DNA from: Candidatus Poribacteria bacterium
GTDB taxonomy: Bacteria; Poribacteria; WGA-4E; PCPOR2b
Assembly: GCA_965222805.1 (NCBI GenBank)
Contig: CBDCUX010000005.1
Location: 2,978,777-3,042,776, forward strand
Length of the DNA stretch: 64,000 nt
Direction of reading: 5' to 3'
Positions within the stretch are counted from its first letter, which is position 1; the number at the start of each line of letters is the position of its first letter. Shown one piece after another: positions 47,031-56,272 of the stretch. The translations under genes and the position numbers were made by a program. The notes under the pieces are model-generated. The model did no database searches. It worked only from the letters and a program-made list of their open reading frames with translations, and was not told the origin of the DNA.

Positions 47031-48131
47031 ATGAACTGTCCTACTTATGAATCGATTGGTGTGCGGCCACTGATCAATTGTCGTGGCACTTTTACAATTA
47101 TAAGCGGCTCGGTCATTCTTCCTGAAGTTCGCGAAGCAATGGTCCTCGCTTCACAACGCTATGTCAATATCGACGAACTGATGGAAGCTGTCGGGGCACG
47201 GATCGCTGAGTTGATGGATTGTGAATGGGGATTGATCACTGATGGCTGTGCTGCGGCGTTGTGCCAAGTGACAGCAGCTTGTGTGGCAGGGAGCGACCCC
47301 GAGAAGATGATTCGGCTTCCCGACACCGCCGGTATGAAAAACGAGGTTATCGTCCAAGCCTGTCATCGGAACGTCTACGACCACGCAATCCGTATGGTCG
47401 GCGTCAAGATGATTGAGGTTGACACGAAAGCCGAGCTCGAAGCGGCTCTCAACGATCGGACGGCGATGCTCTTCATTTTTGGAGATGCCGAAGAACGGGG
47501 TCAAATAACGACGAAGGAGATGGCTGATATTGGCCACGAACATGGCGTCCCGACCTTTGTTGACGCGGCAGCAGAACGACCCGATGTGCCCAACTGGTAT
47601 CTTGAGCAGGGTGCCGATGCCGTCGCCTATAGTGGTGGCAAATGCCTTCGAGGACCTCAAGCTTCTGGCTTGGTTTTAGGACGCAAGGATTTACTTCAGG
47701 CGGCTTTTCTCAATGGCGCCCCCCATCACGCGCTAGCGCGTCCAATGAAAGCTGGTAAAGAGGAAATTATGGGGATCTTGGCAGCGGTGGAGCAGTGGAT
47801 AAAAAGAGATCATAAAGCAGAATGGAAAGAATGGGAGCGACGGTTGGGAGTTATTACGGACACTGTGAAAGATTTTGACTCTGTGACGACTACAATCCGT
47901 GAACGTGGTAGCAGATCGAATGTCGCGCCGGTGCTTGAGATTAACTGGGATGTTGAGACAGTAGGAATCAGTGGCACAGCGGTCGCAAGTCAGTTATCGG
48001 CAGGTGAGCCGCGCATTGAACTCAACGGCAATGCGAACGGTATTTCTATTATGCCGTATATGATGGAAGGAGGCGACGATAAAATTGTCGCAGACCAGCT
48101 AGGTGCGATACTCAATTCATCGCAGAAATAA
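47031..48131 (+). CDS. SelA-like PLP-dependent enzyme (DgaE / L-seryl-tRNA selenium transferase-related family)
   Basis: AVAYSGGKCLRGPQASGLVLGRKDLL matches the SelA/DgaE lysine region (FSGDKLLGGPQAG.I.G.K.LI). Confidence 0.6.
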   Translation: MNCPTYESIGVRPLINCRGTFTIISGSVILPEVREAMVLASQRYVNIDELMEAVGARIAELMDCEWGLITDGCAAALCQVTAACVAGSDPEKMIRLPDTAGMKNEVIVQACHRNVYDHAIRMVGVKMIEVDTKAELEAALNDRTAMLFIFGDAEERGQITTKEMADIGHEHGVPTFVDAAAERPDVPNWYLEQGADAVAYSGGKCLRGPQASGLVLGRKDLLQAAFLNGAPHHALARPMKAGKEEIMGILAAVEQWIKRDHKAEWKEWERRLGVITDTVKDFDSVTTTIRERGSRSNVAPVLEINWDVETVGISGTAVASQLSAGEPRIELNGNANGISIMPYMMEGGDDKIVADQLGAILNSSQK

Positions 48132-48142
48132 GGAGCAGGACG

Positions 48143-48445
48143 ATGTATAATTTGAATGGTAAGTGGGATATGCGGATTCAATTCCTTTCGGGAGAGGCGC
48201 AGCACAGTCTACGATTCGAGCAGGAGGGTGAAGTATTAAGCGGAACTTATCGCTCTCAATACAGCGCGGAACCATTACAGGGAACTGTGCAGGGAAATGT
48301 AGTGCAGCTGCAAACAGACATTCGCTATGAGGGCCAGGGGGTGGGGTATCGCTTTGAAGGCATCGTCAACGGCGATGAAATTGAGGGAGACCTAGACCTG
48401 GGTGAGTATTGGCAGGCGTCATGGAAAGCCAAGAAGCGGGAATAA
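48143..48445 (+). CDS. Hypothetical protein (100 aa)
   Basis: Complete ORF, GGA RBS, no motif. Confidence 0.4.
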   Translation: MYNLNGKWDMRIQFLSGEAQHSLRFEQEGEVLSGTYRSQYSAEPLQGTVQGNVVQLQTDIRYEGQGVGYRFEGIVNGDEIEGDLDLGEYWQASWKAKKRE

Positions 48446-48480
48446 TTGTATCGGCAACACACTCAACGAACGAGGCTGCT

Positions 48481-49830
48481 ATGGTTGAACATCCACAACG
48501 TTTCATTTGGTTCTGTAGCACAGAATACGTTGCCCAACACCCTGATTCATTGAAAAAACTCAGGGATGAAATCGGGCTTACCACCATTATGCCGGAGAGT
48601 TCGGTTTGTCACACATCAGGATTTCGTGCGTCGGACGAGATCGTTCAGCGGGGACCGTTTGAAGATTGGCGCTCCCGCGGGGCGTTGTGGGAGAGGGCAA
48701 AAGACGGCATCTACCCGCCGGTAGCCGGCACGGTAGGCGGCTTTGATGACACGGCGTTGCTGCGTGTCATTGAAGCGTGCCGTGAGACTGGCATTGAGGT
48801 GTGGGGACATCTCGGTTTGTGGAGCTACGGTGGTGATGTCTATCCAGAATACGCCATGAGGGACATCTTTGGCAGGTCACTCGACATGCGGTACAAGCAG
48901 TGGGGCATCGGCCTATGTCCGAGCGGCAGACTGATCAACGAGTGGACCCGTGATTGCCTGGTGGACGTGATCCGACGCTATGACATAGACGGGTTTGACG
49001 TAGACCATGCGCGCTATCCCGCGCCAGCCAATATATCCGGACTTTTCGCATGTGCGTGCGAGGCGTGCGAAGAGGAGGCCGTCCGACTTGGCTACAATTT
49101 TCGTGCAATAAAAAAAGGGCTGCTCCAATTTCATCGAGCCTTGAATAGTCTGACGAAGGAGCAGTTGCTCGCGGCTTTGGACCTCAATCTGAGTTTCTGG
49201 GATTTCCTATCCTACCTTGGCGATGATTACGCGGTGCTGGACTGGCTGAGATTCCGTGCGGTTGTTTTGGCGGAGCGGATGCGGGAGTTTCGAGACGCGG
49301 TGCAGCGTGTCGCGGGACCAGAGAAGGTGTTTGGTAGCGATGTATTTCCTCCCTCTATCGCGCTCTTGGGTGGGCATCTCTACGCCGAATGGGAAGCTGC
49401 AACGGATTATCTCACCGGCGGAAGTTCGTTTGGCGGAGTCGTTGGGTGGGCGACAACGGTGACCAATCTAGCAACCGAATGGGCACCAGCATTATGTCAG
49501 ATCGTGTCGGGCTTGGAAGAGGGGGTAGCACTCCAATTGATCTATCAGATGTTTGGATATGACGATTTGGCGTTACCGCTTTCAGTTGCGGGGATTCAGC
49601 AGGAACCTCTGCCTCTGTTGGAGATGTACAACCGCGAGGTGACAAAGCTGAAGGTGCTGACTAGTGGTAAGACACCTCTCTATCCACCGGTGTCTGCTTC
49701 TGGAGATCCGCAATTGGTGCAGGAACTTTGCACTGTTGTTGTCGAAAACCGATGCGATGGTGCCCTGTTTACGTTGAATCCGGAGGGAGACGAGAACCTC
49801 AAGGTGATTCGGGAGGTTTTCGGTCAATAA
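48481..49830 (+). CDS. Hypothetical protein, possibly TIM-barrel glycoside-hydrolase-like
   Basis: Start moved to ATG 48481 (GAGG RBS). No confident family. Embedded in a sugar catabolic cluster. Confidence 0.4.
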   Translation: MVEHPQRFIWFCSTEYVAQHPDSLKKLRDEIGLTTIMPESSVCHTSGFRASDEIVQRGPFEDWRSRGALWERAKDGIYPPVAGTVGGFDDTALLRVIEACRETGIEVWGHLGLWSYGGDVYPEYAMRDIFGRSLDMRYKQWGIGLCPSGRLINEWTRDCLVDVIRRYDIDGFDVDHARYPAPANISGLFACACEACEEEAVRLGYNFRAIKKGLLQFHRALNSLTKEQLLAALDLNLSFWDFLSYLGDDYAVLDWLRFRAVVLAERMREFRDAVQRVAGPEKVFGSDVFPPSIALLGGHLYAEWEAATDYLTGGSSFGGVVGWATTVTNLATEWAPALCQIVSGLEEGVALQLIYQMFGYDDLALPLSVAGIQQEPLPLLEMYNREVTKLKVLTSGKTPLYPPVSASGDPQLVQELCTVVVENRCDGALFTLNPEGDENLKVIREVFGQ

Positions 49831-49896
49831 TGCGCCTCGCTGACAGAGGAGAGTCTTGCCTCCAACTTTCATCTTAACCTTCAGGGGGTCAATCCA

Positions 49897-50940
49897 ATGC
49901 ACGAGACAGATCAGGACCTGTGGACAGATTCGCGTTGTACTTTGCTTGCGAGTGAAAGGTTCGGACCGTTTATTAAGCTTGGCGACGGGAAGATTTTGAC
50001 GATTGAAGACAACGCAACTGTTATCAGTGCGGACAAAGGCGAGACTTGGTCGGCACCGCGCCCTATATACGATGGTTCAGGGCCCGGTAAACCTAGCAGT
50101 AGCGGGGTGATGGTTCGGACAAGCGAGGGTCCCATCGTTTTCGTTTACATGGATATGGAAGGTTTCAAGTGGACTTGGGATGACGACCTCCACCAAGCCG
50201 CCGAAGATGTGAACCTCAATGTGTGGGCAATTCGTAGCGAAGATGAGGGACTGACTTGGTCTGGACGGCAGCAGATTTTTGAGGGCTATTGCGGGGCACT
50301 GATCCATATAATTCAGACCTCCACCGGCGAGGTTGTTGTGCCGATTCAGCGACTGTTACGCGATCCGGACCAGCACGGTATCTGTGTTTACGTCTCCGCC
50401 GATAGTGGTGAGACGTGGTGTCACAGTAATATCATCGATCTCGGTGGACACGGGCACCACGATGGCGCAATGGAACCGACGTTGGTCGAACTTACCGATG
50501 GGCGATTGTGGCTACTGATACGGACCAATCTCGGCAAGTTTTGGTCGGCATATTCATCGGACAAGGGTTTGTCGTGGCGCGTGATAAAACCGACCGATAT
50601 TGACGCTAGCAGTGCGCCGGCGGCGATGCTTCGTCTTGCCAGCGGTAGATTGGCGTTGGTGTGGAATCGCTTTTACCCTGAAGGCGCGACAAGTTATCCA
50701 CTCCGCGGCGGTGACAACAATTTGTCCTCGGTATCAACGAGTTGGCATCGCGAGGAGGTGTCGCTTGCGTTTTCGGAGGATGAGGGTGAAACTTGGTCTG
50801 ATCCGGTCGTTATCCTACGTATGAAAGACAGAGGACCGTCGTATCCGCATATTTTTGAACCCGAACCCGGCGAACTTTGGGTGACGACGCAGTTCAGGGA
50901 TAAGACAGCGATACGCTTGCGAGAATCCGATTTTGTGTAG
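49897..50940 (+). CDS. BNR-repeat (sialidase/exo-alpha-sialidase-like, GH33) protein
   Basis: Five BNR/Asp-box motifs S-x-D-x-G-x-T-W: SADKGETWS, SEDEGLTWS, SADSGETWC, SSDKGLSWR, SEDEGETWS. Confidence 0.7.
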   Translation: MHETDQDLWTDSRCTLLASERFGPFIKLGDGKILTIEDNATVISADKGETWSAPRPIYDGSGPGKPSSSGVMVRTSEGPIVFVYMDMEGFKWTWDDDLHQAAEDVNLNVWAIRSEDEGLTWSGRQQIFEGYCGALIHIIQTSTGEVVVPIQRLLRDPDQHGICVYVSADSGETWCHSNIIDLGGHGHHDGAMEPTLVELTDGRLWLLIRTNLGKFWSAYSSDKGLSWRVIKPTDIDASSAPAAMLRLASGRLALVWNRFYPEGATSYPLRGGDNNLSSVSTSWHREEVSLAFSEDEGETWSDPVVILRMKDRGPSYPHIFEPEPGELWVTTQFRDKTAIRLRESDFV

Positions 50941-51019
50941 TGTTGTGCTATTATAAAAGTAAAAAGGATGGGGGTGACAAGCCCTTGTCTGAATCCCTTT
51001 AGTGAGGTGAGGAGAATAG

Positions 51020-52000
51020 ATGAACGACAATAGACCGACGCGCATCGCCGATGTAATTGGTGGGCACATTCATCCGGCGCTCTGTGGCACGCAGAGTGGG
51101 GCACTACTTGCTGTCTACAATAAAGAGGGCGGCGGTGGGAAGGAACTCCTATTAAGCCGCTCCACCGATGGCGGCGTGACGTGGAGTGATTCAGTCCCTA
51201 TTCCTGCTATCCGTAACTGCTCAATCTATCCCGGCTCGCTGGTGACATTAAGCGATGGACGGATTCTACTCAATTGGTCCTGCTATCACAAAGCGGGCGA
51301 GAAACTCTGGCGGGAACCTCAATTTTCGGTCAGCGGCGACGAGGGTGAAACTTGGTCCGAATCGAGGGACTATCCTATCACCGACCGCACCAACTATACC
51401 TGTATGCGCCACGCGCCGGTCGAATGGTCTACGGATACGTGGGTGTGTCCATTTTATGACCGCACCGTTCTGTACGATATGGGAGCGGATCAGATTACGA
51501 CTTTTGGGGATGGACGAAATCATGGCATGGTGCCGATTGTGCGCACATCCAAAGGAACGTTAATTAGCGGTGCCCCGCAGACGGTTGCACCCGTGCCCGT
51601 GGGTGTGCCGGGGAATATGGTAAGAGGGCTCCGTTCAACAGATGACGGTAATACTTGGCACGCGTTGAACGTCTTTCCGCACTTTGGGGTTGCTGGGTAT
51701 GATCTAACTGTGTTGACGAACGGGTGGATTGTTTTAACCTACATCGTCTACGGCGTCGGTGTCGATGGGGAGTTTAGCTACGAACTGGTTGTATCACGCG
51801 ATGATGGGGTAACGTGGGACCCCGAGGGCACAATTGAAGTCCACAATCCGGGCAGACGCATCATGGGGCGGGGTTGGCCCCGCACGGTGCAGATTGATGC
51901 CGAGACCCTTGGCACTCTCTTTTACGATCTCGATCAAGATCAGCCAGGAGGGCCGGGGGTGTTCTTTGTTCGGACACCATTGGCGCGATTGGGCGGTTGA
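51020..52000 (+). CDS. BNR-repeat (sialidase-like) protein, second paralog
   Basis: Asp-boxes STDGGVTWS, SGDEGETWS, STDDGNTWH, SRDDGVTWD. Confidence 0.7.
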   Translation: MNDNRPTRIADVIGGHIHPALCGTQSGALLAVYNKEGGGGKELLLSRSTDGGVTWSDSVPIPAIRNCSIYPGSLVTLSDGRILLNWSCYHKAGEKLWREPQFSVSGDEGETWSESRDYPITDRTNYTCMRHAPVEWSTDTWVCPFYDRTVLYDMGADQITTFGDGRNHGMVPIVRTSKGTLISGAPQTVAPVPVGVPGNMVRGLRSTDDGNTWHALNVFPHFGVAGYDLTVLTNGWIVLTYIVYGVGVDGEFSYELVVSRDDGVTWDPEGTIEVHNPGRRIMGRGWPRTVQIDAETLGTLFYDLDQDQPGGPGVFFVRTPLARLGG

Positions 52001-52159
52001 AGGCAACGGATCCGATCCCTGAATAACTCGGCTACCGGCATTGATGACCAAGCCTTGCTCGGCTTGCCAAATCCAAGTCATACCCTACTGTGTGCAGTGG
52101 ATTTGTCAATCCATTGAGAGCAATAATTTGCTCACTTTAGCTTCGGGACTGCCCATAAA

Positions 52160-52209
52160 ACACAAAAGCCGTAGAGACACAATATACTGTGCCCCTACGG
52201 CTTTCTTGT
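52160..52209 (+). terminator. Rho-independent terminator-like hairpin AAGCCGTAG..CTACGGCTT followed by TCTTGTTT
   Basis: 9-bp perfect stem and a T-rich tail. Lies between convergent sialidase-like and leuA genes, next to palindrome copy 52094-52116. Confidence 0.4.
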
Positions 52210-52224
52210 TTATGGATTTCTCTT

Positions 52225-53760
52225 TTACTCTTCGTAGCGCAGGTGGACAATCTTGTTGATGGCATCAATGTAGGCTTTCGCACTCGCCTCAATAATGTCC
52301 GTGCTTGCACCATATCCAACGATTACATTCCCGTTGTCCTGCACCTTGATCGTGACCTCACCGATGGCATCCTTCCCCTCGGTCACAGCCGTGATGCTGT
52401 AGTCTGTGAGTAGGAGGGGCAGCTTGGCGACGCGGTCAATTGCCTTGTAGGATGCATCAACAGGACCATCGCCGGTGGATGCTTCTTCAACGACGCCTGC
52501 TTCGGTACGGATGCCCACCGTCGTTGTTGGAGAGATTTTTGTCCCGCTGACCACCTGAATATACTCCAATTGGAAGGTCTCGGGAATAGAACGGACTTCG
52601 TCTCTCATGATCGCCTCAAGGTCGGCGTCGTGGACCTCTTTTTTCTTATCGGCAACTTCGAGGAATCGTGCATAGATTTTGTCAATCTGTTCCGGTGTTA
52701 CCTCATAGCCGAGTGCACCCAGACGGTGCCTGAGTGCGTTACGCCCGGATCTCGGGCTGAGGATAATCTGACTTTCCTGCCAACCGACATCTGCCGGATC
52801 AATAATCTCGAAAGTATTTCGCTGCTTGATAACACCATCTTGATGGATACCCGAACTGTGTGCGAAGGCATTAGCACCAACAATCGCTTTGTTCGGTTGA
52901 ACAGGTATTCCCATCGTCCGACTGACGCGGCGGCTAATCGGAACAATTTCTTTCGTATTGATGTCCGTGTAATAGTCGCTGAAATAGTCTCGACGGGTTT
53001 GGATTGCCATCACAACCTCTTCGAGTGAGGTGTTGCCAGCGCGTTCACCAAGTCCGTTCATTGTGCATTCGATCTGCCTTGCCCCATTCTCAACCGCTTC
53101 GAGACTGTTGGCAACAGCGAATCCGAGATCATTATGGCAGTGGACGCTGATGACTGCTTGATCGATGTTCGGGACATTCGCTTTGATATCTGCAATAAGT
53201 TTTCCGAATTCAGCCGGCACAGTCCAGCCGACCGTTTCGGGGATGTTCACAATCGTCGCACCCGCCGCAATCGTCGCCTCGACCACTTCATACAGATAGC
53301 TTAGCTCCGTGCGTCCAGCATCCATCGGCGAAAATTCGATAGCTGCACCGGGGTGTCCGGCGGATAGACTCTTCGCGTAGATGACGGCATCGATTGCCAT
53401 TTGCAGCGTCTCTTCGGGAGAGGTGCGTGTGATCCGTTCTCGGTGAATGGGTGATGTGCCGACAAATGTGTGAATACGAGGTTTCCGTGCGTCCTTAATC
53501 GCTCCCCACGCCGCGGTGATATCCTTCTCAATCACGCGTGAAAGTGCGCAAATTTCTGGTCCCTCGACTTCATTCGAGATGCGCGTCACTGCGTCAAAAT
53601 CGCCGGGTGATGAGACCGGGAAACCGGCTTCGATAATATCGACTTTTAGTTTAGCTAGATGTTTCGCTATTTCCAGTTTTTCTGCAAGGTTTAGCGCGGC
53701 ACCGGGTGTTTGCTCGGCATCTCGCAGGGTTGTATCAAAAATGTAAACTTTCTCAGGCAC
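52225..53760 (-). CDS. leuA: 2-isopropylmalate synthase
   Basis: KVYIFDTTLRDAEQ, VHCHNDLGFAVANSL (HxH) and a C-terminal LeuA-dimer regulatory domain. Start set at GTG 53760 (AAGGAG 9 nt upstream), giving 511 aa. The 61-codon in-frame upstream extension lacks an RBS. Confidence 0.75.
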   Translation of the reverse strand: MPEKVYIFDTTLRDAEQTPGAALNLAEKLEIAKHLAKLKVDIIEAGFPVSSPGDFDAVTRISNEVEGPEICALSRVIEKDITAAWGAIKDARKPRIHTFVGTSPIHRERITRTSPEETLQMAIDAVIYAKSLSAGHPGAAIEFSPMDAGRTELSYLYEVVEATIAAGATIVNIPETVGWTVPAEFGKLIADIKANVPNIDQAVISVHCHNDLGFAVANSLEAVENGARQIECTMNGLGERAGNTSLEEVVMAIQTRRDYFSDYYTDINTKEIVPISRRVSRTMGIPVQPNKAIVGANAFAHSSGIHQDGVIKQRNTFEIIDPADVGWQESQIILSPRSGRNALRHRLGALGYEVTPEQIDKIYARFLEVADKKKEVHDADLEAIMRDEVRSIPETFQLEYIQVVSGTKISPTTTVGIRTEAGVVEEASTGDGPVDASYKAIDRVAKLPLLLTDYSITAVTEGKDAIGEVTIKVQDNGNVIVGYGASTDIIEASAKAYIDAINKIVHLRYEE

Positions 53761-53945
53761 TGTGTGATTCTCCTTTTTAGTAATTGTGCGATATTCAGTC
53801 CTTTGTTCTAACGATGTCAAATTGTCTTCGGTATCACGTAAATCCGGTTCTTCGGTAACCGTCAACCCCACCTCCATCACCTCCTTTCGTGAAACGTGAT
53901 GGGTAACTTCCTTTTGACGCTTTGCCTTGCTTCTTTCAGACATAT

Positions 53946-54719
53946 TTATGTTTCATGCCGTTTTTCAGCCAAAACAATCATCCGCCTTGAATCCCATGTG
54001 TACTCGCTGCTATCATAATCGCCGAAGACTTGAATCGGCGTAAGACCAGCACAGTTGAGCATCTTTGCTAACTCAGGATAGAAATACAGCCGCCAAACTA
54101 GGTGAACTTCGCGCTTGCTTCCGTCAGGAGCGATGTAGGTGCGAAGTTCTTCGATGTTCCCCGTCAGGAGATTGTAGTCTCGTTTAGTGAGAACAGATGT
54201 CCCATCTGGAAGTTCTTCCCAACTTTGAGCAAGAAAATTACGAATTATCCGCAGGGTGTTGAGGAGATCGATGAGGAACTTACCTCCCGGCTTCAACGCT
54301 CTCGCGACGCCGTCAATGACTTTCTGATTCTCCGCATCGTCGTCAAAGTAGCCGAAAGCGGTGAACATATTGATGATCGCATCAAACTCAACTTCAAACG
54401 GAATCTCCCTCATATCGGCATGGACGAACCGAATTTGAAGATTGCGCGCTGCGGCAGCATCTTCCGCAAGATCGAGGAAGGTGGCTGAGAGGTCCTGTCC
54501 GACCATCGAATAGCCTGCTGCTGCGAGTTCAACTGTGTGCCTACCGTGCCCGCAGCAAAGATCCAAGATCCGTGCACCCCCGGTCGCATCGGGAGCAGCT
54601 TGTGGAAGATTCAACGTACTGCTGATGAAGTCCACTTCTCTCCGGGCTCGTTCAGGCGTAAGGCAGCTCGCATACTCCTTGAAATAGTTTTCATCAAAAA
54701 AGGTTTCATACCATGCCAT
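53946..54719 (-). CDS. Class I SAM-dependent methyltransferase
   Basis: Motif I ILDLCCGHGRH and post-I acidic residue. 257 aa. Confidence 0.7.
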   Translation of the reverse strand: MAWYETFFDENYFKEYASCLTPERARREVDFISSTLNLPQAAPDATGGARILDLCCGHGRHTVELAAAGYSMVGQDLSATFLDLAEDAAAARNLQIRFVHADMREIPFEVEFDAIINMFTAFGYFDDDAENQKVIDGVARALKPGGKFLIDLLNTLRIIRNFLAQSWEELPDGTSVLTKRDYNLLTGNIEELRTYIAPDGSKREVHLVWRLYFYPELAKMLNCAGLTPIQVFGDYDSSEYTWDSRRMIVLAEKRHET

Positions 54720-54762
54720 AAGGAGATGCTCCTTACCCCTTCCGAATGGTCTTTCAGATTAT

Positions 54763-55827
54763 TCAAGCTAGGCTTTTATGTCCAGCCTCAAGCAATGAAA
54801 CGGTTGTTTCCAAGTCGATACAACTATCGGTGATGGAAACGCCATATTCAAGCGTGGATTGATCGAACCCGGTTAAGTCGGAAGGTATTTTCTGGCTCCC
54901 AGCGTTAATATTTGATTCCAGCATAATCCCCACAATCCTATCATTTCCATCATGAATCTGTTTTAACACTTCCTCAAAAACGATGGGTTGCTTGCTGTAA
55001 TCTTTCTCCGAATTTCCGTGACTGCAATCTATCATAACATTCGGAGGCAGGTCCGCTTCCATCAGCATCGCTTGAACATCGTGAACGCTTTGAGAGTCAT
55101 AATTTGAACCTGTATTGCTTCCCCTTATTACAATATGGGTGTATGGATTACCCGTTGTTTTCACAACAGAGGGAGCACCATATCCATCGATTCCGAGAAA
55201 AGAGTGTTCACCATTTGCAGATAGGATTGCATTGACCGCGACGGAGATGTCGCCCTGAGTGTTGTTTTTGAAGCCAACCGGCATTGAAAGGCCCGAAGCG
55301 AGTTGTCTGTGTTGTGGCGACTCAGTTGTTCGCGCCCCGATTGCTGCCCACGAAACCAGATCAGAATTATATTGAGGTGTGAAAGTTTCAAGATATTCAG
55401 TGGCGCACGGCAACCCGATTTCAAGATTATCCATTAATATCCTTCGTGAGATATATAAGCCATCCTTGATATCACCTGCTCCATTTAGATGTGGGTCGTA
55501 GATTAAGCCTTTCCAGCCTAAATTGGTGCGCGGTTTTTCAAAATAAGACCTGACCATAACAACTAAGCGGTCTGAGACAGCATCTGCAACCTCTTTCAAT
55601 TTTGCCGCGTAGTCATGAGCGACCTCTACATCATGGATGGAACAAGGTCCAACAATGACAAATTTTCGTGGATCGGTGCCGTCCAAGATGTTTCTGATGC
55701 TTGTTCTGCCGTATTGGACTGACTGCGTCATCGCATCTGTCCTTGGAAGATCCGTTAGCAACTGTCTTGGACTCATCAAAGTTTGATAGTCTTTGACATT
55801 TCTATCAATCGTACCGTTGGTCTGCAT
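54763..55827 (-). CDS. aroG: 3-deoxy-7-phosphoheptulonate (DAHP) synthase, class I (AroG/F/H type)
   Basis: KFVIVGPCSIHD, VMVRSYFEKPRTNLGWKGL, GARTTESPQHRQLASGLSMPVGFKNNT are colinear with E. coli AroG. Start ATG 55827 with AGGAGG RBS. Confidence 0.8.
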   Translation of the reverse strand: MQTNGTIDRNVKDYQTLMSPRQLLTDLPRTDAMTQSVQYGRTSIRNILDGTDPRKFVIVGPCSIHDVEVAHDYAAKLKEVADAVSDRLVVMVRSYFEKPRTNLGWKGLIYDPHLNGAGDIKDGLYISRRILMDNLEIGLPCATEYLETFTPQYNSDLVSWAAIGARTTESPQHRQLASGLSMPVGFKNNTQGDISVAVNAILSANGEHSFLGIDGYGAPSVVKTTGNPYTHIVIRGSNTGSNYDSQSVHDVQAMLMEADLPPNVMIDCSHGNSEKDYSKQPIVFEEVLKQIHDGNDRIVGIMLESNINAGSQKIPSDLTGFDQSTLEYGVSITDSCIDLETTVSLLEAGHKSLA

Positions 55828-56119
55828 TACTTTGCTGCCTCCTATAGACAAAAAAAACGCCCACCATCGAACCTATTTCCGATGATGGGCATGAATGAAC
55901 AACCGAATGAGGGAAAATCTCTACATCTTCGATGTGAGGTCTACCCGCCCACCATCACAGCACAAATACAACAAAAAGAGATAGAGATAAAGGAAGTACA
56001 GCGGTGTTTGATGTGCGATGTGGGTGTGTGGTGGGTAGAAGCTTTTCATAATCCTCTTATTATGTTCCTATCTTGACATACTGTAAGCCTAAATAAGGGC
56101 ATTTCGTGTAATTTTAACA

Positions 56120-56160
56120 AATCCGTTGACAAGATGTCAAGGCAATTTTCGTTGACAACC
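56120..56160. promoter_or_regulatory. Palindromic operator-like site TTGACAAGATGTCAA flanked by additional TTGACA boxes
   Basis: CGTTGACAAGATGTCAAGG then CGTTGACAACC, about 120 bp upstream of the 56273 gene. A similar TTGACAGGGTCAA lies upstream of the 47031 gene. Confidence 0.3.
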
Positions 56161-56272
56161 TTTTTTCTGGGTGTTATAGTTATATTTTGGAACGTCGATG
56201 AAACAGATTTAATCGGGATTCGAGGATTAAAGAATCAGGAGAATCCGACAATCCTGATAAAGGAGCAGTCGC

